From: Macrostomum lignano | Lineage: Eukaryota | NCBI GenBank assembly: GCA_002269645.1 | Contig: NIVC01002879.1 | Location: 1-64,000, forward strand | Direction: 5' to 3' | Length of the DNA: 64,000 bases | Part shown: positions 29,040-42,369 of the stretch, piece after piece | Position numbering within the stretch: the stretch's first letter is position 1 | Layout of the letters: every line of letters starts with the position of its first letter | Translations under genes and position numbers: made by a program | The notes under the pieces: model-generated | Databases searched by the model: none | Seen by the model: the letters and a program-made list of their open reading frames with translations, nothing else | Told to the model about the DNA's origin: nothing

Positions 29040-32000
29040 TCAAGAGAACAGCTGCATAAGAGAGCTGCTGTAGGCCATCGGACGAACAGTCGGATGAGGA
29101 ACGCAGTCGAAGCTGGTAAATTTTGGCGACAGATCTTTGCCGCCAGTCAGGGTGATGTAGGCACCCTTGTTGCCCATTGTGTCGCAATAGTTCGGCGCTG
29201 AGAATACCGTAATACACCGACCGGAGTGAGCCACTTCATAGCCTTTCTCCTTCACTTCGTGACTGCGGACTATGTAGTCCAGGCCGTTGTTCTGCAGCGG
29301 AGAGGGGGCCACAGGTTGCTTAACAAGTACAGTAGTGCACTATGTAGATTTCTAATTATCTACGCTAATATATAGAAGCTCGTTTTAATGAAGTGGAAAG
29401 GCTGATTCACTTCAGGATCTAAGGGAGAAGGCCCATCAACTGAGGATCTGGGAGGCTGGCCCATCAACTGAGGATCTGGGAGGAGGCCCATCAACTGAGG
29501 ATCTGGGAGGCTGGCCCAGCAACTGACACTCTGGGAGGCTGGTCCAGCAACTGACACTCTGGGAGGCTGGCCCAGAAACGGAGAATCTGGGAGGCCGGTC
29601 TAGCAACTGACACTATGGGAGGCGTTTATGGCTCACCTTGCAGAATCTTTCAGTCACATCCGGTCCAAACTGAACGGCTACGCCACGTTTAGAGGGCGCC
29701 CTGCCAGGAAGGTCTTGCGGATCGGACCAGAGCAGCTCGGACATCGGGCCCGAGTCCGGGATGTCCATGTTGCGGTCGATCTTACGAATATCCTCCAAAG
29801 TGACATCGTCGGCTGAGAAAATCGGGGAGAAGGGCATGCATAACATATCGGTGTTTTCAATCGCAAGTCTTTCAATGGGGAAACCTGGTGCTGGCGTCCC
29901 CTCAAATGAAATGGCGTTCATTTTTAATAATACACGCACAGAGGCAACAGTATCGCCAAATACAGCACTTACAAGAGAACAGTCCACCATGCATGACAAG
30001 AATCCGACCGTCAATCAAATGAACCAACGGCAACAAGTTGAAGACCTCCCGAAACAGCTGCACCATTTTGTCGGCATATTTGGCCTTCACCTCGCCTTCG
30101 AAGCCGTAAATCTTGTTCATGTACTCAGATTCGTGATTACCCCTGGCTAAGAAGAATGATTTAGGATACAACAGCTTCAGGGAGAACAGCGTGAAGATGC
30201 ACTCAACAGAGAAGCTGCCGCGATCGACAAAGTCGCCATTGAAAAGGTAGGGATTGGTCTCCGAGGGTAGGCCGTTGAGCTCGAAGATGTTGAGCAAATC
30301 GAAGAACTGACCATGCACGTCGCCGCAGATTGTGAATTTTGTGCCTTCGGGCACCGCGACGTCAACTAGAGTGGCTTCTGCTGATAGTAGGGCCTGAGTA
30401 ATTGGGGCCGGTTATGCATTGAGCTAGCACTATGTATAAAAATATAATAAAATTGATAACAGAATGTGCTACAGATTGTGCTAAAACACACAGGGGGTAA
30501 TGTGCTAGTCCAAATACTAAAATACACAGGGGGTACTGCGCTAGTCCATATACTAAAATACACAGGGGCTACTGTGCTAGTCCAAATACTAAAATACACA
30601 GGGGCTACTGTGCTAGTCCAAATACTAAAATACACAGGGGCTACTGTGCTAGTCCATATACTAAAATACACAGGGGCTACTGTGCTAGTCCAAATACTAA
30701 AATACACAGGGGCTACTGTGCTAGTCCATATACTAAAATACACAGGGGCTACTGTGCTAGTCCAAATACTAAAATACACAGGGGCTACTGTGCTAGTCCA
30801 AATACTAAAATACACAGGGGCTACTGTGCTAGTCCAAATACTAAAATACACAGGGGCTACTGTGCTAGTCCAAATACTAAAATACACAGGGGCTACTGTG
30901 CTAGTCCATATACTAAAATACACAGGGGCTACTGTGCTAGTCCAAATACTAAAATACACAGGGGCTACTGTGCTAGTCCAAATACTAAAATACACAGGGG
31001 CGTTACTTCGCTAGGAGAATTACGGCTAACAGGTGTAGAGAAGGTAAGCCTCCAAGACTCAGAGTCTACATGCCTGACCGATTAGAAAGTCAGGGCAGCT
31101 GTACACCCTCTGTGTACGAGTGTGTGCCTGCGTACAGGATTGCCTTAGTACTGGTTGTGTAAGACGCAGTCGCCGAAGGCTTTGCACCAGGGTGTCCGCA
31201 AACCTGCTGCTGCTGCGATTATATCAGATAGTTTTTTTATCATGGTTAATGAACGCTGCTCACCTTCATATCGACAAGAATCTGATAGGCGTAGCGCCGA
31301 TGCAGCACCTTGGATTTCTTATAATAGTCAAGCAGTTGGGTTACGAACTCTCGCGTCACTTTATTGCCTTCCTCCGATAGTTTGGGCCCGTCGTAGCTGT
31401 CTTCGATGGTCATTGATTGCAGCGACTGGCTAATCTCGTCGCACGGGCTTACCTGGGAGATTTTAATTAAGAAAGGAAGATTGTAGTTTTAATTAAGACA
31501 TATATTAACATTAATTAATACGTGGATTAATCAAGACTATAGCAGCATTCAGCTGTTTGCATGCTCCATAGGATACATAGAACGGAATGAAATTATTAAT
31601 GAAAAAATGAAGGTATCATTACCATTATAGGCACACAGATTAACAGAGACGGTAGTTAAAGAACGTACATAAAAGAGTTCCGATAGAATCTCGACCCTGT
31701 TCTATCAGTTATTAAAATACTTTAGAAAAGCTACTGGCAAGACCTGCTGTTAGTGAGATTACTCAGACTCGAAACCACCAGTCACTCCTATATGATGTCA
31801 CTTCCGTGATCACTTCCGAATCACAACTAATTAATCTGTAATTCATTCATCCCTCATACTTAATTGATTTGTTACATTAAATTATTTTTTTAACACCCAA
31901 CTGATTTGTTAAATCAAATTAATCTGTCACACCAAATTGATTTATCTGTCACACCCAGTTGATCTATCACACCAAATTGATTTTATCTGTCGCACCCAGT

Positions 32001-33320
32001 TGATCTATCACACCAAATTGATTTATCTGTCACACCCAGTTGATCTATCACACCAAATTGATTTACCTGTCACACCCAGTTGATCTATCACACCAAATTG
32101 ATTTTATCTGTCGCACCCAGTTGATCTATCACACCAAATTGATTTATCTGTCACACCCAGTTGATCTATCACACCAAATTGATTTATCTGTCACACCCAG
32201 TTGATCTATCACACCAAATTGATTTACCTGTCACACCCAGTTGATCTATCACACCAAATTGATTTTATCTGTCGCACCCAGTTGATCTATCACACCAAAT
32301 TGATTTATCTGTCACACCCAGTTGATCTATCACACCAAATTGATTTATCTGTCACACCCAGTTGATCTATCACACCAAATTGATTTATCTGTCACACCCA
32401 GTTGATCTATCACACCAAATTGATTTATCTGTCACACCCAGTTGATCTATCACACCAAATTGATTTACCTGTCACACCTAGTTGATCTGTCGCACCAAAT
32501 TAATGTCACATTAAATGAATTAATTTGTGACACAAAATAATCCATCACACCAAATAAATTGATCTCTCACACCAAATTCATCTGTCACACCGAATAAATT
32601 GCTCTGTCACCCTCAATTGACATTTCACACAAAAGTGTTCGTTCAAACCTAATTGATCTGTCACACCAAATGACTGATCAGTCACACTGTAAACTGTCTG
32701 CTTAACTTGCAGTGCTGGTGGATCTAAGCCGAACGGCACTTTCATTAATTGTTATATTCGAGTCAATCTGTACCTCAAAGCAGACAACTCACCCTCTTCT
32801 CTTCGTAAGCAATAGCTTTCTCGAACGCTTTCTGTTGCACAATCTTCTTACACTCGGTATACTTGGCTTTAGCATCCGAATCGCCAGGCCGGCGCCTGTG
32901 CACCTGTTCAAAATCGGTTAGGGCCAATTTAAATTTGCCCAAAGCCATATTAGCCGAAGCGCGCCGATAATAGGCTTTGATATAGGACTGGTCGAGCGCG
33001 ATAGCTCGGCTAGCGTCGGACAGGGCGTAGCCAAAGCACTCGGTTCTCAAGTAGGCAAAGCTTCTATTAGCATAGTAAATAGCGGATTTATCGTACAAAT
33101 CGATAGCCTTGCTGTACAAATCGATAGCTTGATCGTAATGGCCCAAGTTGAAGGCTGAGTTGGCTTCAGTTTTAAATTGATCAGCCTCTGGCGGAGGCGA
33201 GGTCGGCCCCATCAGGGCGGTGGAAGTCGGAGACGCGACCGGAGCTTCGGACTCTGTTGATGTCATTTTCTCACCTGAGGCTTGCTGGCTGTTTAATGCT
33301 ACGGTTGTCGATGTTTGCAT
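29040..33320 (-). CDS. PPP5C: Serine/threonine protein phosphatase 5 (about 521 aa)
   Basis: Exons 33320-32793, 31452-31264, 30393-29973, 29812-29637 and 29291-29040, phases consistent. N-terminal TPRs ([22 protein letters not shown]), PPP motifs GDVHGQ, GDFVDRG, RGNHE, HGGL and RSHE, and a PP5-type C-terminus. Confidence 0.95.
29425..29620. repeat. 28-bp intronic minisatellite, same family as 54260-54830
   Basis: Reverse complement reads CAGCCTCCCAGATCCTCAGTTG. Confidence 0.9.
30480..31000. repeat. 36-bp minisatellite in PPP5C intron 2
   Basis: GTGCTAGTCCAAATACTAAAATACACAGGGGCTACT units. Confidence 0.97.
31925..32500. repeat. 40-bp minisatellite in PPP5C intron 1
   Basis: TTGATCTATCACACCAAATTGATTTATCTGTCACACCCAG units. 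Confidence 0.96.
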
Positions 33321-35093
33321 GCATGATGTAGAATAGTGCTTATAGGGATCTGAAGATACACGTCTATCTATAGATGCTTCGATGGCGACTAGAGCTTTTT
33401 GAATGGTGAATCTATAGATGCTTGGATGGCAAATCTATAGATGATTACATAGCAAATCTAAAGATGCATGCTTGGATGGCGAATTTATAGATTATTAAAT
33501 GGGGAATCTGCAAGTGCTTGGTAAATCTATGCTTATACAGTGAATCTATAGATGCCTGGATGGTGAATCTACATATGCGTATAGAGTAAATCTATAGATG
33601 TTTATGGAGTAAATATATAGATACCTATAGAGTAAATCTATATATACCTATAGAGTGAATCTATAAATGTCTGGATCGTGAATCTACATATGCTTATAGA
33701 GTAAATCTATAGAATCAGAGATATTTATGGAGTAAATCTATAGATAGTCATAGAGTGAATCTTTAGGTGTTTATAGCGTCTATCTATAGATACCTATAGA
33801 GTGAATCTATAGATGTTTATGAAACGAACACTTAGGGGAGTTTGTCTCGTATTATAACAAATAAAAAATAAATAGCAGAACAAGGTGATAATCTGTTAGT
33901 TTACAAGTTCAAAGAAAATGTTTTTCTAAAGTTAAGCAGCGTTACCAGTTCAATCGCAGAAATATGTTTTATATGAATATACACGCAGGCAATAAAGCGA
34001 AAGCATTAGCAACAGCAATATTCTTGAAGAAGATTTTTTATCACTCTTGTTTGTTGCGCTTCTTAGCAATGACCTTTTTTCGTCTAACGGAAAAAGTAAA
34101 ATGATAATTTTGTTCCCATATATTTATATTTTTTTAAAAATAGGCCAATCTTTTAATCTTATTCCAGCTAATACAGCGGGCCTATTCATAAGCGATATAC
34201 ATATACACACCGAAACATATAAGAAGCAACCTAAAAAGAAATTGCTCTGTCTTAACTTTACTGTTCAAATATCTAAACAGAAAAATCGACTAGGGTACTA
34301 TGGAGGCATTGGGCGGGACTCACGAAAGTATAAAATAAAGGGAATTAAATTTCTATTTACTTCAATACGGAACACATTACTAATTTGTGTGTTTATATTC
34401 TATAACGTATATTCAAATAAACCACCGCAAACATTTACAGTTAAGAACAGAAATAAAGCAAGCATGCCTGCGTGTGAAAACCAAAGTAAACAAGGAAACT
34501 ACTGTACTAGGATGGGTTATTTCATGTGAAATTAAATTATTAAAAATATACTATCGCTTGTGTCTGCAGGATTCTGAAATTCAATAAATTAAGGCTTAGT
34601 TGACGATTTCCTAATTTACTTGTTCAAAGATAGATTGTATATTGAGATAGAGAATAGTTACTGGGAGACAGAACAAATATTGAGAGACTGGGATAGACAT
34701 TGAGATGGAGAATAGATATTGACAGGCGGAGAAATGAGAATAGATGTGGAGAGACTGAAAATAGTATTTAGAGACGAAGAATAGATATTGAGAGACGGAG
34801 AATAGGGGTCAAGTACGGAGAATAGATATTTAAAGACGGAGAAGAGATATCTAGAGATACCCAGAGACTGAGAATGGATATTGACAGGCGGAGAATAGAT
34901 ATGCAGATAAATAAGAATGGATTTATAAGAGTGATAAAGAAAAGACTTATAGTAAACAGAATAGATGTAATAAAATATTAATTATTTCCACTTCAATTGT
35001 TGGTTGCAGGGAACCCCGGCGCACTAAGAAGTCCCTTGTTCAAGCAGCCCTTCAATATTGAAATAAAAAACAATCCAGAAGCGAATACCAAAA

Positions 35094-37992
35094 TCATAGC
35101 TGCAGCAACGGCGAGCCAGCCTGAATCATCAGGGCGGAAGCGGCGCCAGTCTCGTCTGTGTCGGCATCATCGCCCGACTGCAGCTGCATGCGCCTGTGCC
35201 TCTCAGTGGCTCGCTCTTTCTTCAATAGTTTCGCTTCGCGCTTAGTTGGTTTAGTACGCTGCCGATGCTGCTGGAGCTGATGCTGCTCCAGTTGCTGCTC
35301 CAATACAAGGGTGGACGGATTGGCGCCAACTGACGCTTCGTCGTTAACTACAGATTCGAGCACCTGCGGATTAAATAAATTTATTTTATTTCATTCTTAT
35401 TTTATTAATTAATTAACTGTCTATCTTAGTGTTTGTCTGTGTCTCGGTAGCTGTCTTAGTGAAGTCTGTGTCATAAGTCTTATGTGTCTTAGCATACGCC
35501 TTAGTATGTCATGTTAATGTAGGACTTTGTGTCCATTTTAGTGTGTCTTCCTGTCTTTCTATTGTATGTCTCAGTATGTTTTAAAATCCGTCTCAGCATC
35601 TGCGTCAGTGTGTCTCAGCATCTGTCAGTGTGTCTCAGCATCTGTCAGTGTGTCTCAGCATCTGTCAGTGTGTCTCAGCATCTGTCAGTGTGTCTCAGCA
35701 TCTGTCAGTGTGTCTCAGCATCTATCCGTGTGTCTCAGCATCTGTCAGTGTGTCTCAGCATCTGTGTGTCTCAGCATCTGTCAGTGTGTCTCAGCATCTG
35801 TCAGTGTGTCTCAGCATCTGTCAGTGTGTCTCAGCATCTGTCAGTGTGTCTCAGCATCTGTCAGTGTGTCTCAGCATCTATCAGTGTGTCTCAGCATCTG
35901 TCAGTGTGTCTCAGCATCTGTCAGTGTGTCTCAGCATCTGTCAGTGTGTCTCAGCATCTGTCAGTGTGTCTCAGCATCTGTCAGTGTGTCTCAGCATCTG
36001 TCAGTGTGTCTCAGAATATGTCAGTGTGTCTCAGCATCTGTCAGTGTGTCTCAGCATCTGTCAGTGTGTCTCAGCATCTGTCAGTGTGTCTCAGCATCTA
36101 TCAGTGTGTCTCAGAATCTGTCAGTGTGTCTCAGCATCTGTCAGTGTGTCTCAGCATCTGTCAGTGTGTCTCAGCATCTGTCAGTGTGTCTCAGCATCTG
36201 TCAGTGTGTCTCAGCATCTGTCAGTGTGTCTCAGCATCTGTCAGTGTGTCTCAGCATCTGTCAGTGTGTCTCAGCATCTGTCAGTGTGTCTCAGCATCTA
36301 TCAGTGTGTCTCAGAATCTGTCAGTGTGTCTCAGCATCTGTCAGTGTGTCTCAGCATCTGTCAGTGTGTCCTCACCTGAAAGACGTAGGCCGCCGTCTCA
36401 TCAAGGTCGAATTGCAACTCCCGCAGCGATTCAGCAATCAGATCGACATCGTTGCAACCTGTACGATTGACAACCTCGGACACAAGCGTGTTAAGCTCGG
36501 CCGCGGACGGTTCAGGCATCGACGAAGTGCTAGCGGCAACAGCGGCGGCCGCTGATAAAGCCGACTTATTGCTGCCAGAAATTGAAGCAGTTTGCTGATC
36601 AAATTTGATTGACACATTAGCCGGCGTAGCTGACCTATCACCTAGTCGCCTGATACTAGAATAATGCTCGCCATTGTGATAGGCCAGGTGTAACTGCTTG
36701 TTACTAGGCTGGGTTGGCATGACAACGCTATCTGTAGCGTTGTCGCTAGTGCCGGAGGCGCCGCTACCGCCAATCTGCCAGGGCGGCGAGGCCAGCTGAT
36801 GAATAACTATGTTGAGCTTATGCAATCTAGCGAATGCCACAATAGCGTCATTGCCAGCGTAAGTACCGGGACGGGCCAATTCCCTTACGTAGTCTTCAAA
36901 ACTTGTCGAGTCATCTACGAATGGAGCGAAATCGTCTTTGTGCGCCAGCATGTACTGGACCACGTCGGCTCGATGCTTCAAGTGCAACGCGTCGCTGCCT
37001 TCGAGCTGATCGCCGAGAGCTCTGAATAAACAGTTACCGTCGCCTGCGGGATATGCGGTTCCTTCTATAGTATTTGTAACTTATATTCCATTTTTGCATG
37101 AATCTAAACGTATTTATACTTAAATACTTTTAGCGTAGGGGGTTGTAGCCTAGTGGTTAGAGCGTCGGACTCACGACTTAAAGGTCGGGGGTTCGATTCC
37201 TGATCCCACTGGCATGGAACAATTTGTGTCCTTGAGAAAGACACTTAACTCTGCATTGCTTCGGTTCACTCAACTGTAAAATGGATGCCAGCATTAGCTG
37301 GGGTAATTGAGGGTGTGTGTGGCGACCCCCCAGTCCTTGGACTGAACAGCCGTACGCAGCGTTCAGATGCGCCGCGTAATAGCTGCGGCTGAGCTGTCGG
37401 TTGCACATCTGGCCATTAGGGCAGGTGTAATCAATTATTATTATACTTAAACCTATAAATACTAAGTAAATGGAATTATTTCGATAATTCGTACGCAGAC
37501 ACGCACTCGCACACACGCTCACACAGGGTGTACACTGGCCCAGACTTTCTAATCGGTCAGGCATGTACATCTCTGTGCCTTGGGGGGTTGGCCCTCATGG
37601 CTGTGAACCGCACAACAACCTCGCCTGGCCAATTTTCGTGCACACACAAGCCCCAAATGTCACTGCACGGAATCGAACCATTAAAAAACCCTTGAAGCCT
37701 TACATTTTAAAGTCTGTAATAAACCCTAATTTCCTAGAAAATGAAACTTACCAGGAATGTCGCGAATCTCCAATCCCAGCTGTTCAAGTTGCATTAAAAA
37801 TGATGGATAATTATAGTCATCTTCAAGATAAGAATTATTATTTTTTCGACTATGACCATGCCTATTATTAGATCGATGCTGTTGAGCATGCCTCGACTGA
37901 TGCTGATGAGTATTGTGCTGGTGATGATGCTGGGTTGGTGGCTGCTGCTCCTGTGAGGACTCATCCTCTGCAATATTCTTCTTTCGCGCCAT
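35094..37992 (-). CDS. OTUD3: OTU-domain deubiquitinase OTUD3-like (about 392 aa)
   Basis: Exons 37992-37752, 37043-36376 and 35363-35094. Spliced PGDGNCLFRALGDQLEG (catalytic Cys), AGNDAIVAFARLH and HLAYHNGEHYSSIR (catalytic His), followed by a UBA-like VVNRTGCNDVDLIAESL segment. Confidence 0.92.
35590..36370. repeat. 20-bp minisatellite in OTUD3 intron 2
   Basis: TCTCAGCATCTGTCAGTGTG units. Confidence 0.97.
37138..37445 (+). mobile_element. tRNA-derived SINE, family A (intronic)
   Basis: A-box TAGCCTAGTGG, B-box GGTTCGATTCC, TGTGTCCTTGAGAAAGACACTTAAC core, (ATT)n tail. Confidence 0.85.
37470..37680 (-). mobile_element. tRNA-derived SINE, family B fragment
   Basis: Reverse complement has a GGTTCGATTCC B-box and a GTACATGCCTGACCGATTAGAAAGT core shared with 20887 and 31070. 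Confidence 0.7.
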
Positions 37993-38889
37993 AGTAGCTA
38001 GATATTTTATTAGTTAAAATTATTTATCCAGAAAAGAAACTGTACAGAAGCACTTGAGTGCAGCAGTTACCAAATAGTTAGGCAATCTACTAAGAAATGC
38101 CAATCAGAATGTTACACACATGCAGAAAAGTGTAAATAGCATAATGCTTAAAAATGCATCAAACAACTTTAATGCAAAGTTTGTTGCCTACCTGACTATA
38201 CACAGTCAACATTACACTAAGGCAAAATGCTATTATTGGATTTGAAGATTGAAGTTAATACCATTTTTGCTACTTTCTTGGTCCTATTATAGCCAAGAGT
38301 CAATCATTGGACAACCCTATCAAGTGTAATAGTGGAACTCCATTTTCTTAGAAGTATTACTCAATTTTTTCTGTTTACTATAAATTAATAGAAAACTTGT
38401 TCTGTCAAAATATTACTAAGCTTTAAAAAGCAACATAACAAAACATTAAAATATTATTTCATTATACAATTATTGCATCTATATCAGTGCCATTCATAAA
38501 ACAAGGAGCATCAAAGTTTTAATTTAATTAATTTTAAAGTTTTGTTATATGCAACCATTATAATAATTTATATATGCTAATAAATTAGCATATGTTCAAA
38601 AAAATGGGGTGTTTGCTTTTTAGTCATCATAGATAATCTTAGTCTTGGTAATTAGCATATGGTATAATTATTAAAATAGCCCATATTGAAATATGTAGAC
38701 AAAAGGCATCTAACCATTCATCACAATTTTGGTATTTTCTGGTGTTGTGTTGCAGCTAGAGTCAAGGCAGGTTGTATTGTGGTGCGTACATGCGCAACAG
38801 TCAGCCAAGTTGGCTGATCTGGCCAACCAATTTGGTAGGCAACCAATGTAAGTTGCAAAAATGCCCACCCAAATAAATACTAAAGTAGT

Positions 38890-38953
38890 ACTAAGTAGAT
38901 AATGAGGCATTTTGCCTTAATAAGACAGTCATAGTTACTCCTGCCATTTACCC
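38890..38953 (-). other. Decayed 64-nt 28S rRNA-like segment (copy 3)
   Basis: Reverse complement GGGTAAATGGCAGGAGTAACTATGACTGTCTTATTAAGGCAAAATGCCTCATTATCTACTTAGT; upstream AAAGAAACCCTAAAGCAAAA is shared with the MITE at 41083. Confidence 0.75.
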
Positions 38954-39102
38954 AAAGTTGCATTAGTTTTGCTTTAGGGTTTCTTTTACATGTAAGTTGC
39001 ATTTTTGGCCAAAAACTACATTGCATTTTTTGTTAAAACTAAGTCACATGGCCAACCAAATTTTGGAGGTTGCATATGTATGTTGGTATATGGTACAATT
39101 TA

Positions 39103-39166
39103 AGGTGAACAGCAAGAATAACTATGACTGTCCTATTAAATCTAAATGCCTCATTATCTAATTAGT
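39103..39166 (+). other. Decayed 64-nt 28S rRNA-like segment (copy 2)
   Basis: AGGTGAACAGCAAGAATAACTATGACTGTCCTATTAAATCTAAATGCCTCATTATCTAATTAGT aligns without gaps to 41201-41264. Confidence 0.7.
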
Positions 39167-39917
39167 ACTACACCCTATTTGGTACAAAAGTTAGCATGTT
39201 CTATGTTGCATCACATTTTTAGCTACAATTTTAGACCCTATGTTACATGTCTGCAGGTTTTCTACATTTATTCTAATTGGGAAAATAGCTAAGAAATAAA
39301 CATTTGTTATTGCTCACTTAATCCATATTATTGATCACCCAATCCATATTTTAGATTAGATAAACTTGATTTAAAAGTGCTATTTGGCAATCAAGGAGGC
39401 TATCAAGTCAAATGCCACAAGCAAATTTGCACTTGCTATTAGCACTTTTTTGTAGTCATTGCCTACTAAATCCATCACAAAGCTTTAGCATTTTGCTAAA
39501 CATGTGGATAGCAACCTAGTGCTAAAAGATGCTTATGTAAGTCACCCATTTATAGTTGGGATTTGCTATTGTTAACAATTACTAATTTTTTGTTGTAACC
39601 TTTCATTTATAGGAAATATTATTCTGGTCAAGTAGAGAATACTATAAAATTATCTGACATAGTGCTTGCCATGTTGATATGGACAACAAAATTATTAGTA
39701 TTGTTGTGTCAATACAATATAGAAGATTGAAGAGAAGGGAAGCACAAATTGTCTGCACTAATGGCCAATTGTATAATTGGCAAGTTTATTAATTTGCTCT
39801 TATATTAAGGTAAACTTTCAAATGCAACTTTTTAAGACTAATGCTAGACTCAAAATCACTATGCCATTAGTTGGGATGCCTCAGTGCTAGATTATTTGTT
39901 AGCAACATCCAAAAGTA

Positions 39918-40900
39918 CGAAGGGTGCGCAAAAAGTCTTGGCAACTGGCTCATAACTTTTAAAATAAACGTTTAAATGTAACCATTCTTTAATCTCATAA
40001 ACATCTGAGCACATAGACAGATACATGCCAAAAAAGTTGAGATTGACAAGAAGATTGACAAAAAGATCAGTACAATGGGTTTTTTGTATCTCTTTTTGCT
40101 ATACCTCTTAAAAAACATGTTTTACTCAATGAAAATTTGCTGTTGCAAATTATTCTGTTTAAATAAACACTAGCCTCAACTTTTGTATAGGGAAATTGAT
40201 TGTTTGTATAAGCCAATTTTTTGTGGAAGCAATTTTACTCCAGAATCAATCACGAAGTCAATAATCAAAGTAGCCATGCATGCTGGGTCATTGTCATGGT
40301 GCCACAGAAGACCATGGACTCTAGTTCCAAGATGTCATTTGGCCCATATGTTGAGGATTTTTGGTATAGACATTGGTGTACCAATGTGTTGTCACTATCT
40401 GCTGACTCTTGAGTGCTATTGTGGCCATATAGCCTAAGCAGCTAAAGAATGCTGCGACTATCTTCTTTCCTGAATTCCTGGATTGGATGGCCTTCTCTTT
40501 TAAAGGTCATCCTTATTAAGAAAGTACCACTCCAATGATTGATGCCTTGTCTCAGGGTTGAAATTGTAAATCCATGTTTTATCACCTGTTAAAATATCAA
40601 AAACAGACTGCTAGTATCCACTGTTGAATTTGGTGAGCATGAACTGGCACCACTCCACCTTGGCAGTCTTCTGGTCAGCAGTGAGGCAGTGGGGGATTCA
40701 CTGGGCACACCTCTTTTGTACTCAAAAGTGTTGGTGCAGGATCTCATTAAGTGCCTCTAATCTAATCTCCAGGCTTGCCCCAAGCTGGCAATAGGTGATT
40801 CAAGGATCCTCCAAGATAAGCCACTTTGCCTCATTAATGTTTTGCTAGGTAACTGTGGTTGTAGGCCTGCTACAATAGGGCTCATCTTGGAGGTGCTGCT
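39918..40900 (-). pseudogene. Decayed mariner transposon (transposase pseudogene plus one TIR)
   Basis: Minus-strand translation gives AQ*IPHCLTADQKTAKVEWCQFMLTKF...ILTGDKTWIYNFNPETRHQSLEW and HHDNDPAC, matching the mariner WVPHxL, TGDETW and HHDNAPAH motifs. TA-CGAAGGGTGCGCAAAAAGT TIR at 39916. Confidence 0.85.
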
Positions 40901-41082
40901 AACCACGTCTGAATTCCGCATACTAATCAAAAACTATTGTTCGCGATAGTATAGAGTATTAAAACAGTTTTGAAGCCAATTTAGTAATTCTTAGGGTGAT
41001 AAACCCATTTTGTAGTCATAATAAATCATGGCTTTAAGTCTAAAATGCTTACAAGAGAGTTCTATTCTATGACAATGGTTGC

Positions 41083-41370
41083 CCCTATTGCAGCGCATGG
41101 CTTAAGTACGCCAGACGCCTACACAACCTGCGCCACGCTGTGAAATGACTTACCTGTGAAAGAAACCCTAAAGCAAAATTAACAAAAGCAAAACCCTAAA
41201 GGGTAAACGGCAGGAGTAACTATGACTGTCTTATCAAGCCTAAATGCCTTGGCATCTAATTAGTACCGCGCCGCGCCGTACTAATCGCCGCACGCCGTAC
41301 GCGCCGCGCCACGCCGTATTAGATCCGCGCCGGACACCGTCCGCCAAAATGCCCATGCGCTGCAATCAGG
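41083..41370 (+). mobile_element. 288-bp MITE with 8-bp TSD carrying a 28S rRNA-like segment
   Basis: TSD ATGGTTGC at 41075-41082 and 41371-41378. TIRs CCCTATTGCAGCGCATGG and (reverse complement) CCTGATTGCAGCGCATGG. 28S-like 64-mer at 41201-41264. Confidence 0.85.
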
Positions 41371-41908
41371 ATGGTTGCTGTATGTTCCTAGATGGGGGTA
41401 TGATTGAAAAATCCTAATAGCTCAAGACAACAAACCCATCTATGAATAAAATTAGAGGTACAAACTCAGAAAATATTTTTATGGCAATAAATAAAATATC
41501 TAAGCCCTAAAACAAGCCATCTTACTATATCTAGAAACTTTCAAAGCACTTCTTATAGTTATACTAGTAATATTATACTCATATATAGGCCTAGTTACTA
41601 TAAGTTTTAGACTTTAATCATTTTATCTATTAATGTATTATCAACTTTTTGCCAAAATATATAAATAGCCTAAGTTTATCTACCAATGGTAGGCCTATTT
41701 AATTATAGGCCTAGACATACATTTCTATAATTGCATTTTACTTTTGCTTTATATATATGCAATAAAAAGTACTTGTACTAATATTGATAGACTAAAAAAC
41801 TTTAATTTATTCAAATAAAAAAGCTGTTTAGACTTATATAGCAGTTTAGAAACTTGGGATTCTTTGTAAAAATATCATTTGTTATTGAAACATGTTAGTT
41901 TATTTATA

Positions 41909-42369
41909 AGGCAGTGCTTATCCCTAATGTACCCTAGGAATAATTTTTGTCTTATTCCAACAGTACCATGGGAATAATTTTCTACTTATCTGCATAGCAC
42001 ACTAGGCCTAACAAGATAGCTACCCTATCTTCTACATATGCCATGGGAATAATTTTCTGCTTATCCATACGGCACACTAGCGAGATAGCTGCCCCATCTT
42101 CTATATATATATGCTATACATGAATAGTTTATAGCTTATTGAAAGGGAATTTAAATTGAGGATACTAAGAAGCTGTGTTGTTATGTTGTTATACTGCATT
42201 CAACCATAAGTACTAAACTAAATTATTCCCATGGCATATGTAAAAGACAGGGCAGCTATCTCATCAGTGTGCCATGCAGATAAGCAGAAAAGTATTCCCA
42301 CGGTACTGTTGGAATAAGACAAAAATTATTCCTATAGTACCATGGGGATAAGCACTGCGGGCACTGCCT
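41909..42369. mobile_element. Foldback MITE with approximately 130-bp TIRs
   Basis: GCAGTGCTTATCCC...TTTTGTCTTATTCCAACAGTACC is inverted relative to GGTACTGTTGGAATAAGACAAAAA...GGGATAAGCACTGC. Confidence 0.85.

Noticed and set aside
34047-34587. AT-rich ORFs between PPP5C and OTUD3
   Set aside because: No recognisable motifs, composition unlike the real exons here, and the 160-aa frame begins at TTG.
37138-37210. Functional tRNA gene (also 10425, 20887, 61780-61853)
   Set aside because: A and B boxes are present but there is no intact acceptor stem, and each continues into a shared SINE body.
41201-41264. A real rRNA gene or vector contamination (I-PpoI site)
   Set aside because: Only 64 nt match, the nuclease core is altered, there is no flanking rDNA, and the segment sits inside a TIR/TSD-bounded element with diverged genomic relatives.
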